From assembly GCA_051530055.1 (NCBI GenBank), contig CM121341.1, positions 5,868,784-5,932,783 on the forward strand: a DNA stretch of 64,000 bases, given 5' to 3'. The stretch is from Neoechinorhynchus agilis (Eukaryota; Animalia; Acanthocephala). The notes under the pieces were generated by a model. That model saw only the letters and a list, made by a program, of their open reading frames with translations. It did no database searches and was not told the DNA's origin. The translations under genes and the position numbers were made by a program. Numbering within the stretch: the stretch's first letter is position 1; the number at the start of each line of letters is the position of its first letter. Positions 24,151-36,799 of this stretch are shown here, piece after piece.

Positions 24151-25776
24151 TCATTTCAATTTCTGCGCCATATAAAACAACCATTAGTGTCTCGCATCAC
24201 AGATTTAATAAAAATGATCAGTTGCGTGCCCAATATTCTCGAATCCAAAGGAAGTACCCAACCTAGCAAACTCCCACCGGAATCCACTCCAAAATAAACA
24301 GCACTGGAACCTATTATTTGGTTCAAGTGTTCACGCTGAACCAAGGGTAGATGGTTCCTCTACTATGAACAATAAAATTATGCTGCCGCCAAAATACAGC
24401 TTCCCAATCTTCTTTTGTCTCAATCGCGTTAGTCCCATAAAAACCTGGAGTTAAAACTATATAAAAAATCAACAACAGCAAAGGCGATTCAGGATTATAT
24501 GAGATAATTCTTTTGAGCACATCAAAGAATGTCAGACCCTTTTTTAAAATGTACCAAAATTAATGCACTCCTAAGTAACAACGGAGCTTTAAAAATCGTA
24601 AAAATTTCGTTGCAGGAAATGCTGTAATTTACACGATGAAATAATGGAGAAATGTCATATTCTGGTAAGATTTCATTAAGATCGTTTCCAAGCGCGATCT
24701 TTAAAAGTTCACGAGTTAAACAGAAAGGCATTTTCTCTATAAAGCAAAAGGAAAACACAATTATTAAATGCGATTGTATCGCCTTAATTACCATTTGTCG
24801 CTTAGACATAAAGGATAGAACAAACGAGAAACAGTCGGCTATGCAGAATAAAGTTCGTAATTGATTTCAAAGCAACGTTGCAGTCGCTGAGGAATGACAA
24901 ATAAGTTATGCACGAGTGTTGCATAACCAAGTTCCTTCGAATGTCGCAACTTTTCAAGAGATAGCAAACGAAAAAGGGTAGAAGAGTAAATAGTTGATAT
25001 GAGGAAATGGTGTGAATTCGCGGAGGAGGACTCAGGGCAGTGGACGTCAGCAATTGTGTATTCTGTTAGACCATTTCCTAAAGGAGCTATGAAATGGACT
25101 GCGATGAATTCTAAATCGGGGTTTTGTAGAGAGCCCATGAGAGAGAAAGAGTATGGTAGAGAATTGTCGTCTTGGGGGTAACTCGAGTATAAACTTACAA
25201 GAACAACAATCCGGCGGAAAACATCGCCAAACTCGAATAAAAAGTATGGTGGCGATTGCCATACGAAGGTTGATGCGCTCTTCTCCTCTTGGACGGTCGT
25301 CGCTTTACGTATGGAAGGAAGAGTACCCGGGAAGGATGGCTGAATTGCTGTTAAGCCACGTTTCTGCTAAGATGAATTACTGTTTACAGCGAGAAAAAAA
25401 AGGAGCAGTGTAAATCATAGAAATTTTATAGAGAATGCGTTAACGTGGGAACAATCCACATTTAAAACTGAATTCTCTTTAAAAAACGAGAAAGCTTTTT
25501 TCCTCTAAAGAAAAACCCGGTTCTGCTTTTTCGATCACCACTTATTAGTGAAAAAAACGCAACAACTAATAATCGCCACGAATAAACTAATTCGAACAAC
25601 AAAAATCATCATGGTATTTGTGATCTTTTTCCGAAAATCCGATCAATTGCGCTTAAAGGAGAAAACTAGTGAAAAAAAACGAGCACAAAATCGCCAAAAT
25701 CCGAAGGTTTCGTTGACTTCCACACAAAAGAGGCGTCCTAATAAAAGATTTTGAAAAGTAGACAAGATCAAAGTGC

Positions 25777-26467
25777 TCAGTAGTGTTTTTGATCAATTGG
25801 CACGATTCCCATAAGGAGTTTAGCTCGTTCCCGAATCCGATTGATTGCATGAAGAAGTCCGAGTTTTCGGTTTCGCTTCGACAAATAATGAGAGACGATA
25901 TCGATTGAACCAGTTGAATCCAGTGGATCGTCTTGTGGCAGATTAGTGGTAGGCAAAACGTAATCATTGGCAGACAGAGATACAACGAACAACAAAGGCA
26001 TCAGCCAGACGAAGCAGACGAGGTATCCGAACATTTCGAATAGATTGCTTGTTTCGGTGGTAACAAAAAAACGAACGGCCATTAAATGGTGCAAGAAAAC
26101 AAGCACTAAAGCAGTCAGGAAATGAAAGCTGAGAAATTCGACGCTCGGATAGTTAGCCAACATTTTGAAGTAGATCGCATTGCAAACGCATCCGAGTACA
26201 ATGAGATGCCATGGAAAACTACGCTCTTCAATACACGTATCGATTTTTTTTCGCCGAAGATAACGAAATCGATAATCGCGCACGTACAAATACGAGGAGA
26301 ATATTCAATATAAAGATTGCGACATGAGTCCGACGGATCAGCAACTTCGCCAAACTCTGATATTCCTCAATTAGCTCAGCAATGTAGTAAAGTCCACTCA
26401 GAAGACTCAATAAGGCAAATGCAACACTCAAAACCGATGCCAAAATACTTATCAATGTCAAATACAT
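25777..26467 (-). CDS. TEX261: TEX261/Svp26 (copy 2, intact, HVAIF versus HVSIF)
   Basis: Mirror of 20832-21522; one nonsynonymous and at least one synonymous difference. Confidence 0.85.
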
Positions 26468-27709
26468 CAACCGAAAATATAAGGAAATCTTCCTTTAGGT
26501 TTCGAGTGCATTTTGATGTGCCGAAAGAAATAAGGTTCTCGTTTCACGCTAAAGAAAATGCTTTCTCCTAACCGTAGAGTTTCGCATTTTATGAAATCGA
26601 TACAAAAATAGAAATCATCCTGAGAACTTGGAAAAAAAGGACACGGAAAATGTCCGCCTTTAAAGCTGAGCAAACTTTAGAGAACCATTTAACGATCAGT
26701 GAAAAAGAAGACAAAGGTGACCGATTCCTGACCACGGAAGAATTATTCGCGTCTTGGTCTTTATGTGACGTCACTCTGACGAGTAAGAGTTGGGATTATT
26801 TACAAGTTTCTTTTTTTTAATGTGCCGTTCATAATATCCAATTTTTTAATAAGCTTTTTGAAGTTTTGCTCCTTTTCCCGTAATGAATTTTAATTTGAAC
26901 ATCTTTTTCACTTCAAAAAAAGTCTCATGAGTTTTTCTTAATAACGCAATCGGTTTTGCGCCAGACGATGACGACATTAATTTCGCATTTTTTTAAATCC
27001 ACTTCTCGGAATTTCGCTTTCCATTCTTTATTTTTCTTAAACTATCGATTAGTGGTCTCGGGTATAAAAAGTTAATTTATACTCGTCTTTTAAATAAAAT
27101 TTTAAACTCGCATTGGCAAAAAACTTTCTTCTTTAATTTGATATATCGGCGCAAAAATCCCGTTTAGGACTCCGTTTTCGTTTGAATGCTCCTTTTAATC
27201 TATAATTTTTTGTACTCGAACTCGGTCTCTGTAGCCTCTTTCGATTGGTTCGCTGGCTTTACAATAAAGCACAAAACCTGCAATCACCACCGTCCGCAAA
27301 ATCGTAGCTTCTCTAATTCCTGAGAATTTTTCTCTGCGAAAAGAAATGCAGAAAGGGATCCTCTCCAGGGGATGTAAGGCTCATTTCTATCCAAAATTCT
27401 GCGGTCTCAATTTACGAAAGAGTCCTTGCTAAACGAATTGCCGCTTTCTCAGTCGAGTTCAACATCATTGATGGGAGATGCCACTGGTTTATTGCGGGCA
27501 AATCTGAACACTGAGCTATGCATTAGATTATTAGTAATTTTAGCATTAACCGACTGGCTATGAACATTTTAATTTCATTGGATATCTGCAAAGCTTTCGA
27601 TAATATCGATATAGGTTTTATTCTGAACAAATCAACATTCTGCAATTGAACATTGAGTGTGTTTTTATTTTTTAATCTCCACTGTCCACAAAATCGTAGC
27701 TTCTCTCCT

Positions 27710-28505
27710 TCCTCGGCTGTCGCCATCACGTTAGCAACATTGTCTCGTTGTACTGCGAGCGAGATATTTTGTCGAAGGGAATACAGCTGCTCTTGCCTCT
27801 CCGGTCGTTTCTCTCAATTTATTCGAGAGATCCTGGCGCAGAGTGCCGAGCTGCCAAGCGCTCCATACGTCTCTAGTCCGAAGGGGACAAAATAGTGGGT
27901 CGGACGTGGCATCCCGGAGAAGGTGAAATTCCGTCAGGTCGACGGCTGTCTAATCGACAAAGATTGACGGGTTCCAAAATGTTGGGGAAGTTCACCGTTC
28001 TCAACGCCCGAGAAATTACGTTATTGATCTCAGAATGGCGGGAGAACCTTCCTCCTGACTTTCGGCAAACGAAACCGTGTCGACCGAAAGCATCAACCAA
28101 TGACCCACATCGACAGCGATAAGTCCTAAGGACACTGCGATCCTCGTTACCTCATCAATGAGAAGAGTTCTCAGAGATGCCAGAGGAACAGCCTCCAACC
28201 ACGCCCCCGATTCTCGTGTCGAAACTGCCAACAATCTAGCTCGGACGACCCCATCGCGAGAACCTGAAAGTAGAGAGCTGTGAGCTCTCGCGACGAGAGG
28301 TCTCTCCCAGATCTACTATCTGAGGCCATTCACGGGAACATGGTTAGCGCCTGTCTGCTGGCACCATTCTTCAACTGCCACCACAAAGTCTTGGTCAAGA
28401 CAGAACTTTTTCTTCGGAATTTTCTTCGCTATCGGTTGACCCCCTCATACGATCCAAGAAAGGCTGGCAAGGTCTACTAACGCCCGTAGCTCAAACGTCT
28501 CTCAT
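27710..28505 (-). mobile_element. Duplicated CRE remnant (mirror of 18795-19590)
   Basis: Part of the inverted-duplication arm. Confidence 0.85.
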
Positions 28506-28597
28506 TATTATGTATAGTTGGTGGCGATCGGCCCGATTTAATGCACGGAAATATTCATTGATCGATCTATGTTGAGATTTTTATTCTTTTTTCCGAG

Positions 28598-28825
28598 ATG
28601 AAATCAAAGCTCAAGCGACGACTGCTTAAATTATCTTCACTCGCAAAGAGACTGGATTCGATTGAGTTGATCGAACAGAAATCGAAAGTAAAACCATTTT
28701 TATGTTTACAAATGAACGAATTGAGCAAATAGGTTTTGATAGTAGGCAATGGTGGTCTTGAGAACGGTGTTCAATCTCAGCAAGTCCATGAAATATTCTC
28801 TCGTTATGGGGCTGAGCATTCGTAG
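28598..28825 (+). pseudogene. ALKBH8: 5'-only truncated ALKBH8 copy
   Basis: Exon 1, intron 1 and start of exon 2 duplicated; homology stops at 28809 and the frame reaches TAG at 28823-28825. Confidence 0.85.
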
Positions 28826-29074
28826 CGATCTCTTAATACCAACACGAAATCCAAGGTTATTTTTAAGGACAATTCCTGATTGTTTGTGCCCGCCAGTCGA
28901 CCATGCAGATACTGTTTAAAATTTAAATTATTCTTGTTTGTTTAACAGATTGTCAAAATGAGAACTTTCGTCCATTTTGTATTCACGATTCATAGATTCC
29001 ATTTCCTTCTGGACCTATTGAGTGTTATCATCGACTCTTGGGAACTGAGATCGATTGAAGTCTAAGGAATTTTC

Positions 29075-29127
29075 GGGTCTCGATATCCGAGGGAAGATTG
29101 GGCGGCATGGAAAAAGGAGCGTAGGTA
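29075..29127 (+). repeat. Dispersed repeat fragment, possibly non-LTR linker (similar to 41224-41278 minus strand)
   Basis: Both encode Y.R.DWAAW (YPREDWAAWK versus YSRKDWAAWN) with clear nucleotide similarity. Confidence 0.5.
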
Positions 29128-29432
29128 GAAGAGGGAGGTGCGAAGTTGAGGTCCCCATTGATTACGTGTTTCTTGGGGAGGTTTTTCGGGAAAAAGAGAA
29201 TTTTCCTCTCGAACTTCTCTGTACAATTTTGCTTTGTGTTTCTCTATAATGTACTGACCGATACGAAATTGCGATTTCCTATAGAATTCTTTTTATCACT
29301 ATGGATAGAGTCGTCAAAGTTACTTTCATATTTCAAATTGCTTCAAAAAAAGAAGCTAAACCCTCATCACGCGTTACCGATCTGTCTTTTTTTTAGCTTC
29401 GATGATCCCTTTCACGCCGGTAATGTCCTATT

Positions 29433-30509
29433 TTATTGCACCTTGAGCATCTCTTTTACCTTAGTGACGATGACTGGTTTTGTTGGTAAAGCCTGATCTT
29501 CAAGATTGAAAGCGTATGGCATTGGTACGTCAGCTCCACAGAGTCTTTGCGGACGTCCTTTCAGGCTGGAATTGGCATCAGATTCGACAATGCGTGTTAT
29601 GACCTCGGCTCCAACACCTGATTGTGGCCATCCTTGTTCAATAGTAAGGAGCCTTCCTGTTTTTGAGACGGAAGCAGCGATCGTTGGTAGGTCTAGTGGA
29701 CGGAGAGAACGCAGATTGATCAGCTCAACTTTGATTCCAGCTTGATCAAGTTCTCTGACGGCTTCCATGGTCGGGGTTAGGACGCGTCCCCAGGATGCGA
29801 TGGTTATAGCATCACCTTCATGTTCAATCTTCGCTTTACCGATTGGCAAAACGAAATCAGCACCCATGGCTTCTTCGGATAGGCCGAATGATTGTGAATA
29901 GAGCACTTCGTTCTCAAGACAAACCACCGGGTCGTTATCCCTAATGGCAGCCTTTATAAGACCACGAGCATCCTCAGAGCTCCAGGGAGCAACCACTTTC
30001 AGACCAGGGACATTGCTATACCACGCACCATAACATTGAGAATGTTGAGCAGCTACACCGACCGAGGGTCCGTTGGGTCCTCTAAAGACGATGGGGCATG
30101 TGATTTTCCCTCCGGACATATAGTAGCTCTTTGCGGCACTATTGATAATCTGGTCAAGGGCCTGCATGGCGAAATTGAAGGTCATGAATTCGCATATTGG
30201 TCTTAGACCGAGCATAGCAGCACCGACGGCGATTCCGGCGAATCCCATTTCAGTGATCGGGGTGTCAATGACTCGTTTATCGCCGTATTTTTGCCATAAA
30301 CCCTTGGTGATCTTGTATGCACCGTCGTATTGAGCGACTTCTTCCCCAAGAATGAAAACTTTGTTGTCCCTGGCGATTTCTTCGTCCAACGCCGAATTGA
30401 TGGCCTCACGAACGGTCAATGTTTTGAACGCTGGAGCCGTTGCAGCCACTGAGAGATGACGGCGAGCAGCTTGAATGGCGATTGCTGAGCACTTGGTAAG
30501 GAGAACCAT
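29433..30509 (-). CDS. PDHB: Pyruvate dehydrogenase E1 beta subunit, mitochondrial (intronless, 358 aa)
   Basis: [62 protein letters not shown]; ATG at 30509 followed by a mitochondrial targeting-like peptide. Confidence 0.98.
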   Translation of the reverse strand: MVLLTKCSAIAIQAARRHLSVAATAPAFKTLTVREAINSALDEEIARDNKVFILGEEVAQYDGAYKITKGLWQKYGDKRVIDTPITEMGFAGIAVGAAMLGLRPICEFMTFNFAMQALDQIINSAAKSYYMSGGKITCPIVFRGPNGPSVGVAAQHSQCYGAWYSNVPGLKVVAPWSSEDARGLIKAAIRDNDPVVCLENEVLYSQSFGLSEEAMGADFVLPIGKAKIEHEGDAITIASWGRVLTPTMEAVRELDQAGIKVELINLRSLRPLDLPTIAASVSKTGRLLTIEQGWPQSGVGAEVITRIVESDANSSLKGRPQRLCGADVPMPYAFNLEDQALPTKPVIVTKVKEMLKVQ

Positions 30510-30801
30510 CTCGAAAAAAAAGAAGCGATGTGAGAACGTGGAGAGCAGGCGTCGTTGGCTGTTTATGTAGCAACGAAGTGCGTGCAACCATCGATTATGC
30601 AGGGTAAAAAAAACGGCGATAATGCACGGGGTGCGATTGAACGCCCCAGTGTGCGAGTGAGCGCGCAAAGCCAGCTGACTAATCCGGAAATTGCGAACGT
30701 GCGAGACAGCACGTCGGATGCCAACGTCGGCGTGGAAAGGCGGCAGAATGCAACTGCAGGGTGCGACGATGTCGAAAACGATGACCGCACCGATTTTGTC
30801 A

Positions 30802-31810
30802 GGGGAAAATGTACTTTTCTGGGGGGAATTTCTTAGGAAAAAGGAAAAAAGGAGTCTTCTTTCCGAAGAAGGGACGGTGATTCTTTTTTTGCAGTGATCA
30901 ACACCGCAGATTCCATTCGAATACGGAATCAAAGCGTTGTGAGATCTTTCTTTTTTTAGGAGACGGGGAAAATTGTCTACTTTTCTGGGGGGAATTTCTT
31001 ACGAAAAAGGAAAAAAGGAGTCTTTAGAAGGGACGGTGATTCTTTTTTTTGCAGTGATCAACACCGCAGATTCCATTCGAATACGGAATCAAAGCGTTGT
31101 GAGATCTTTCTTTTTTTAGGAGACGGGGAAAATGGTCTACTTTTCTGGGGGGAATTTCTTACGAAAAAGGAAAAAAGGAGTCTTCTTTCCGAAGAAGGGA
31201 CGGTGATTCTTTTTTTGCAGTGATCAACACCGCAGATTCCATTCGAATACGGAATCAAAGCGTTGTGAGATCTTTCTTTTTTAGGAGACGGGGAAAATGG
31301 TCTACTTTTCTGGGGGGAATTTCTTACGAAAAAGGAAAAAAGGAGTCTTCTTTCCGAAGAAGGGACGGTGATTCTTTTTTTTGCAGTGATCAACACCGCA
31401 GATTCCATTCGAATACGGAATCAAAGCGTTGTGAGATCTTTCTTTTTTTAGGAGACGGGGAAAATTGTCTACTTTTCTGGGGGGAATTTCTTACGAAAAA
31501 GGAAAAAGGAAAAAGGAGTCTTCTTTCCGAAGAAGGGACGGTGATTCTTTTTTTGCAGTGATCAACACCGCAGATTCCATTCGAATACGGAATCAAAGCG
31601 TTGTGAGATCTTTCTTTTTTTAGGAGACGGGGAAAATGTACTTTTCTGCGGGGAATTTCTTAGGAAAAAGGAAAAAGGAGTCTTCTTTCCGAAGAAGGGA
31701 CGGTGATTCTTTTTTTTGCAGTGATCAACACCGCAGATTCCATTCGAATACGGAATCAAAGCGTTGTGAGATCTTTCTTTTTTTAGGAGACGGGGAAAAT
31801 GTACTTTTCT
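30802..31810. repeat. Tandem array, 6 units of 160-172 bp, between divergent PDHB and SUGT1
   Basis: GCAGTGATCA anchor at 30891, 31051, 31217, 31383, 31555, 31718. Confidence 0.97.
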
Positions 31811-31951
31811 TTGAAGGAATGGGAATTTCTTAGAGATTCTCGTTGAAATCTCGGTATTTTTGATATATTTTACGCGAAAAGTTGCAGGAGTACCTTTTAG
31901 CCTCTAGCAATCCGGATTTTATTTTCAGACGGAAAAAAATTCGGTATTTCG

Positions 31952-32902
31952 ATGTTCAAAATTGATGAGCTGATCGATTCAACAACGCGTTCATTGTCGG
32001 ACGGTTTTAGTGAGCCAGTAATTGAGGCGATCGAGAAATGGGCATCTACCATTGAAGTTAACCAATCCAACGCACCAATATTCGGCAATCTATCTCAAGC
32101 TTATCTAAACTTAGAGAAGTTTAAATTGGCAGAACAGAACGCCAGGAAAGCGCTGGAGGCGGATCCGACCAATCTCCGATGGTGGTATAAGCTGATAATG
32201 AGTCACGGTGCCACGACTGCCGATATCAAACTTTTACAGAATGAGATCAATTCCCAAGATGAAGGAGCAAGAAGTGGAGATTTCCTCCTTAGAACAACGA
32301 TTGACAAAATAAAAGAAGTTTTAAAGATTAGCTCGTTAGATTATCGATGGTATCAGACATCACATTCAATTGTCATTACGGTTCCAATAAGGAATCCATC
32401 CAAGAAGAAGTGCACAGTAAACTTTGAAACGAACGCAACATCCCAGGGTGGATCGAAAATTCTACTCCATATCCAATCAATGGAACCCACGAGCATTCAA
32501 GAATTCGAACTTACTTTATTTGAAAGGGTTAATGAGGATGAAGTGGACATAAAGATCTTTACAACGAAAGTTGAATTTCACTTCAAGAAAGTTGATCCTT
32601 CCATTCATTGGACGAATCTTGAGTATAAGAGCCAGAAAAACACGAGAGTAAAAAATTGGGATAAGATAGCAGATGAACTCGATAATGAGCTAAAGGAACA
32701 AGGATTCGGTGACGATGAAGGAGTCAATGAGTTCTTTAAAAAGATTTATGAGAACGGCACACCGGAAGTCCGAAAGGCAATGATGAAATCTTTCCAAGAG
32801 TCTGCTGGAACAGTTTTAAGTACCGATTGGGCTGACGTTAGCGCGAAAAAGACTCCCATTAAGACTCCCGATGGATTAGAGTTTAAGAAGTGGGATCATT
32901 GA
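31952..32902 (+). CDS. SUGT1: SGT1 HSP90 co-chaperone (TPR-CS-SGS), intronless
   Basis: YRWYQTSHSIVITV (CS domain), KNWDKI, VNEFFKKIYENGTPEVRKAMMKSFQESAGTVLSTDW, PDGLEFKKW (SGS domain). Confidence 0.96.
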   Translation: MFKIDELIDSTTRSLSDGFSEPVIEAIEKWASTIEVNQSNAPIFGNLSQAYLNLEKFKLAEQNARKALEADPTNLRWWYKLIMSHGATTADIKLLQNEINSQDEGARSGDFLLRTTIDKIKEVLKISSLDYRWYQTSHSIVITVPIRNPSKKKCTVNFETNATSQGGSKILLHIQSMEPTSIQEFELTLFERVNEDEVDIKIFTTKVEFHFKKVDPSIHWTNLEYKSQKNTRVKNWDKIADELDNELKEQGFGDDEGVNEFFKKIYENGTPEVRKAMMKSFQESAGTVLSTDWADVSAKKTPIKTPDGLEFKKWDH

Positions 32903-33059
32903 TTTGCATCGACGAATAAATCCGAATATCCTATTCCGCAATATTTGTGATTCGCAAAGAATCCGAAAATATTCGCTAAATTGGGCGTTCTCCATGGTTA
33001 AATCATTGGTACAATGAGCGTTTGCTTATTAAAGCTCGAGTACTGACCTCGAACATGAA

Positions 33060-33560
33060 CTGGATTTTATCCTGAATTTATAAGGACCGAAGGGTAATTC
33101 GTTGAATCTGGTTAGGAAGGTGATCAGGAGCGCTAGATTTGGGAGGCCGACAGTCGTGACATTTCGGATAAGGACCGTGTGTTTCTTGAGTTTCCATTTA
33201 TTGACGATTCCTCCTATCAGAGTTTATTCAGGGTCTCATTGGCAGGCCACCAGAGTAAACGTACGCTCGTCTATTCCAAACGAAGAAATAATCTTCATGA
33301 TCTGATCAGTCCAAGCATTCGTGAAGGTCCAAGTGGTGCTGTATATAGAATCTCTTGTTCGGATTGTGATCGCTGCTATATTGGCCAGACAAATAACTTT
33401 GAGAGGAGGATGAGGGAACATCGCTATTCATTGAAGAAACAGGACACGAACTCCGTAATGGTTTTCCACTTTACGGACCGTGTCATTATCGAGGCCATGT
33501 TCATTCAGGGAACCAATACAGATCATTCCCTAAAGTTTAGAATACCTCCTGACATTGAAG
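33060..33560 (+). mobile_element. Penelope-like element remnant (GIY-YIG endonuclease)
   Basis: FLEFPFID followed by GAVYRISCSDCDRCYIGQT..FERRMREH; no intact RT. Confidence 0.85.
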
Positions 33561-34492
33561 TTACCGAATTCCTTTTTAGATACCTGACTGAAGAAGTCCA
33601 GTGTGATTGGACGAAATATTTCAATCATTCTTTGATATATAATTTTGTCCCCGCCGCCACATACTCATGGATTTTATGTTTAGTTATTCTGTTTTTTAGC
33701 TTAATTGATTGACTTCGTTATCAATGAGCAGAAAACGATGAAACTAAAGGATAGAATTTAATGGTATTTTAAAAGCGTAATGATCATGACCGATGATTTT
33801 TTGAACAATGTACAGAAAATGCTTTTCGCATAAATAATCCCCCGGTCATGACCTATTTGATTTTTATTTATTGGAAATATTTCGGGAGGAGTTAAGCTCG
33901 GCTCCTCAGTTATCTAAAAATATGTTTTTCGCCATAAAGTTTTATGCTTGAGTGCGTGGGGTCGCCAAACCTGAAGTTCGAAGACGATGTATCAACTCGA
34001 ACCCACTGATTTTAGTATTGATTTTTAACGCGCCGCCGGCTGAAAGTTTCAAGCTAAAATTAGCTTTATTCCCTTCGCCTCTAAAACAAGACGTCTTTTA
34101 AAGTCCTGTTCTTTTCAAAAAAAAGTGCTACCGAAATCCGCACGAAGTTTAAAGGTCTCTTGATGATTGGAAATGGCAGAGAAATGCTCAAATCGACTAC
34201 AAGCTTGTCATTGTTGGATGATTCTCTTCTTAATGTCCTTCATCTTTGACCAAAACGATTGAATTATCGGCTAAGTTACTATCTAAGAATTGCAGTGAAC
34301 CACGTTTGTACTTTGGCAACTTGGTATTCACTAATCCAATTGAAGGGAACTCTGACTTTGTCCGACAATGGCAGCGTTGAAATGAACATTCTTAATGCGG
34401 CTGATTTCTTAGCCAAACCTCCCTCCGATCTGTGCCAAGGAAACGCATAAGATCATTTTCCGTACGGTTGTGAGTTGTGTACGAATCCATTA

Positions 34493-34603
34493 CGGATCCT
34501 CAGATTCCTCCCGAGGACGTGGGACTCATCAGTGAGTTTCCTTCAACGAGATATTTCGTCCTTTTTTTCTTATGAGTCATCGACGACAATAAATTTTGAA
34601 CTC
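34493..34603 (-). repeat. Dispersed fragment similar to 3111-3230
   Basis: Shared GTGGGACTCATCAGTGAGTTTCC core; minus-strand peptide KLTDESH(V/L)LGR.LRIR in both. Confidence 0.75.
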
Positions 34604-35524
34604 TTTGATTAAATTATACCGGATATTCGGGAGCTCATTGAAAGATCGGCAAAAAAACGAGCCCCCATTTGTTTTCCGGCGCGACTGCGATTAAGTGTCC
34701 CGGGTTCATATTCTAACCTAATTCGCCATTAGAGTTCAATGATTTTTTAAAAGAAGATTGAAATAGTTACTTGAGTGTCTATTTTTTCTCATTACAGTGA
34801 TCAACAAGATTCAAATTAGGGATATTTAAAAATCTCTAATGACGTTCTTATAAATTATCGGATAGTTGTTTGTGTGCTTATTAAGCATATCTTTTAAATT
34901 CACTGCAATGGTCCATTTTGAGTCAAAAATCTCATCTGAATTTTTTTAAAGCTTAAAAGTTGATTAGAGGGAGAGACCTCATTCGGAGAAAGAGGGAGAT
35001 CGTGGATCATAGGAAAAAAGGTTCGATTCGGACTTGAGAACAATGAAGAGATCGAACGAAGATAAAAAACGTAGGAACGAAATAAGAACCGGATTAGACC
35101 ATGGTCCTTCGTTGACAAATAAACGTGTTTTTCTGTATTTCATTTTCTTTCACAAGTGCAGAATTTTGGATTCCGCGACCTTTTTTTTCGTGAGTCCATT
35201 TGGTCCAACTCAGCATTCACATAGCAAGGCTAAGACAAATCTGAGAGCATTCGTCCTACAAAACATAAATCTATACTCCGTCTTTTCAACGCCATTTCTT
35301 TTTTTTTCGTTTTGAGAAATAATACGAAGAAATAGTCAAGTTCTATTTTTTGAAGTATACAATTTATCTATGCATTGTTTACAACCTCTCCGCTCCTATT
35401 CATCGGCGCTGGCAAAAATGCTGGCCGCATTGCCCCGCAATGCTTATTTTTTGGGTGATTAAACTGCTATTTTTTCTATAAATTGAGATTTTAAGAATAA
35501 ATTGGAAAGATGATTCATAGTTTG

Positions 35525-35689
35525 TTGGTTGTTTTGGAGAACTACAATTGATTATTAAATTCAATATTTCGATCCCCAATCTTGGACCTTCTTCAGAATT
35601 GTTTGCAAGTGTTTACGACGACACTGATCCAAGATAGGGGATCGAAATATTGAATTTAATAATCAATCGTAGTTCTCCAAAACAACCAA
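35525..35689. repeat. 62-bp inverted repeat (2 mismatches) with 41-nt loop
   Basis: 35525-35586 versus reverse complement of 35628-35689. Confidence 0.95.
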
Positions 35690-36033
35690 TTTTAAGAACA
35701 TTGTTGTCTTTCGTTTTGAAAGATTGTTAGAATCTCAAAATGATTAGACATGAATTTCCTCATCCTGAAGGATTTTCTTTTGTTGATTAATATTTTTGGC
35801 TCGTGATTTTTGGTTGTTATTTAATAAGACGAGGAGGAGTCCCACTATAAGAAGAATGAATATTCCGTCTGATTTTATGAGTTAATTTATCAATTCCACT
35901 GTTTCGCAAGTTTGTTGCTATTTGTTTTCTTTTTGTTTTACTAAAGGATTTTACGATCCTTGCCTTTTTTCATCGTTTTTTTTGCATGGAGCTCAAATTC
36001 GCCTCTATTCTTTTGTTTCTATTGCGATCTTAG

Positions 36034-36651
36034 ATGATTGCGAGTTCATTGGGAAAGTTCACGATTCTCCTAAAGTCTCTCAGCAATTTTTCTGTTCAAT
36101 TTCGAGGCTTTTCTTCGAGTGCAGTCTCGAGAACGAAAACAAGAGATCGTTACGACAAACACGAGGCCTCTATTCGTCAAATAAATCGCGATGAGCACCT
36201 CAAATCGTTTTTCATGTTCGGAGGAGCGATTCAGGTGACGGAGGAAACTCACGAACAGTCGTTCGATGGTTCAATTTACAAACATTTGAACGTTCTTTAC
36301 GTTCATAGCAGCCAAAACAACACCATCGCAACCCTCGTGGACGGGACGACGTTGTCCAACCCGCATCCGCGAGTTATTTATTCGAGTTCATGCGGTGCCA
36401 TTGGATTCAAGAATGCCCGTAAGGGTACTACGGTTGCCGCGCAAACACTCGGAACTGCAATGGGCGAACAAATGCTAAGACGAAAGATTACAAAAGTAAG
36501 AACTGTTCTTAAAGGTCTAGGACCGGGGCGTCTTTCTATACTTAAAGGGTTATCAATCGCCGGAATCGATATCATCTCCATCACGGACAATACCATTCTT
36601 TATGGACATACCACTAATCTCCAAAGACCTAAGAAAGTCAGAAGGTTGTGA
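36034..36651 (+). CDS. MRPS11: Mitochondrial ribosomal protein uS11m (intronless)
   Basis: HSSQNNTI, SCGAIGFKNARKGTTVAAQ, VLKGLGPGR, ISITDNT, RPKKVRRL; N-terminal targeting-like peptide. Confidence 0.95.
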   Translation: MIASSLGKFTILLKSLSNFSVQFRGFSSSAVSRTKTRDRYDKHEASIRQINRDEHLKSFFMFGGAIQVTEETHEQSFDGSIYKHLNVLYVHSSQNNTIATLVDGTTLSNPHPRVIYSSSCGAIGFKNARKGTTVAAQTLGTAMGEQMLRRKITKVRTVLKGLGPGRLSILKGLSIAGIDIISITDNTILYGHTTNLQRPKKVRRL

Positions 36652-36799
36652 ATGAGGAATACGCTTTTTTAGTGGCCATTACCGGGGTTTTTGAGCGATT
36701 GAACGACACACACACACAAAATAGAAACCAACTATAAGCTACACTTTATAAACTAGACATTAAGCCATTTATTTTTTTATGTTAATATCAAAAACGTTT

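Larger units (their letters stand above)
25379..28809 (-). repeat. Right arm of 3.43-kb inverted duplication
   Basis: Reverse complement of 18491-21921. Confidence 0.98.

Noticed and set aside
24156-25378. Short ORFs in the right half of the inversion spacer
   Set aside because: Fragmented in several frames with no recognisable motif; may be decayed coding or repeat DNA.
30510-30932. 141-aa N-terminal extension of PDHB in the ORF track
   Set aside because: Starts at a non-ATG codon inside the tandem array; the ATG at 30509 follows an acceptor-like tract and gives a normal-length precursor.
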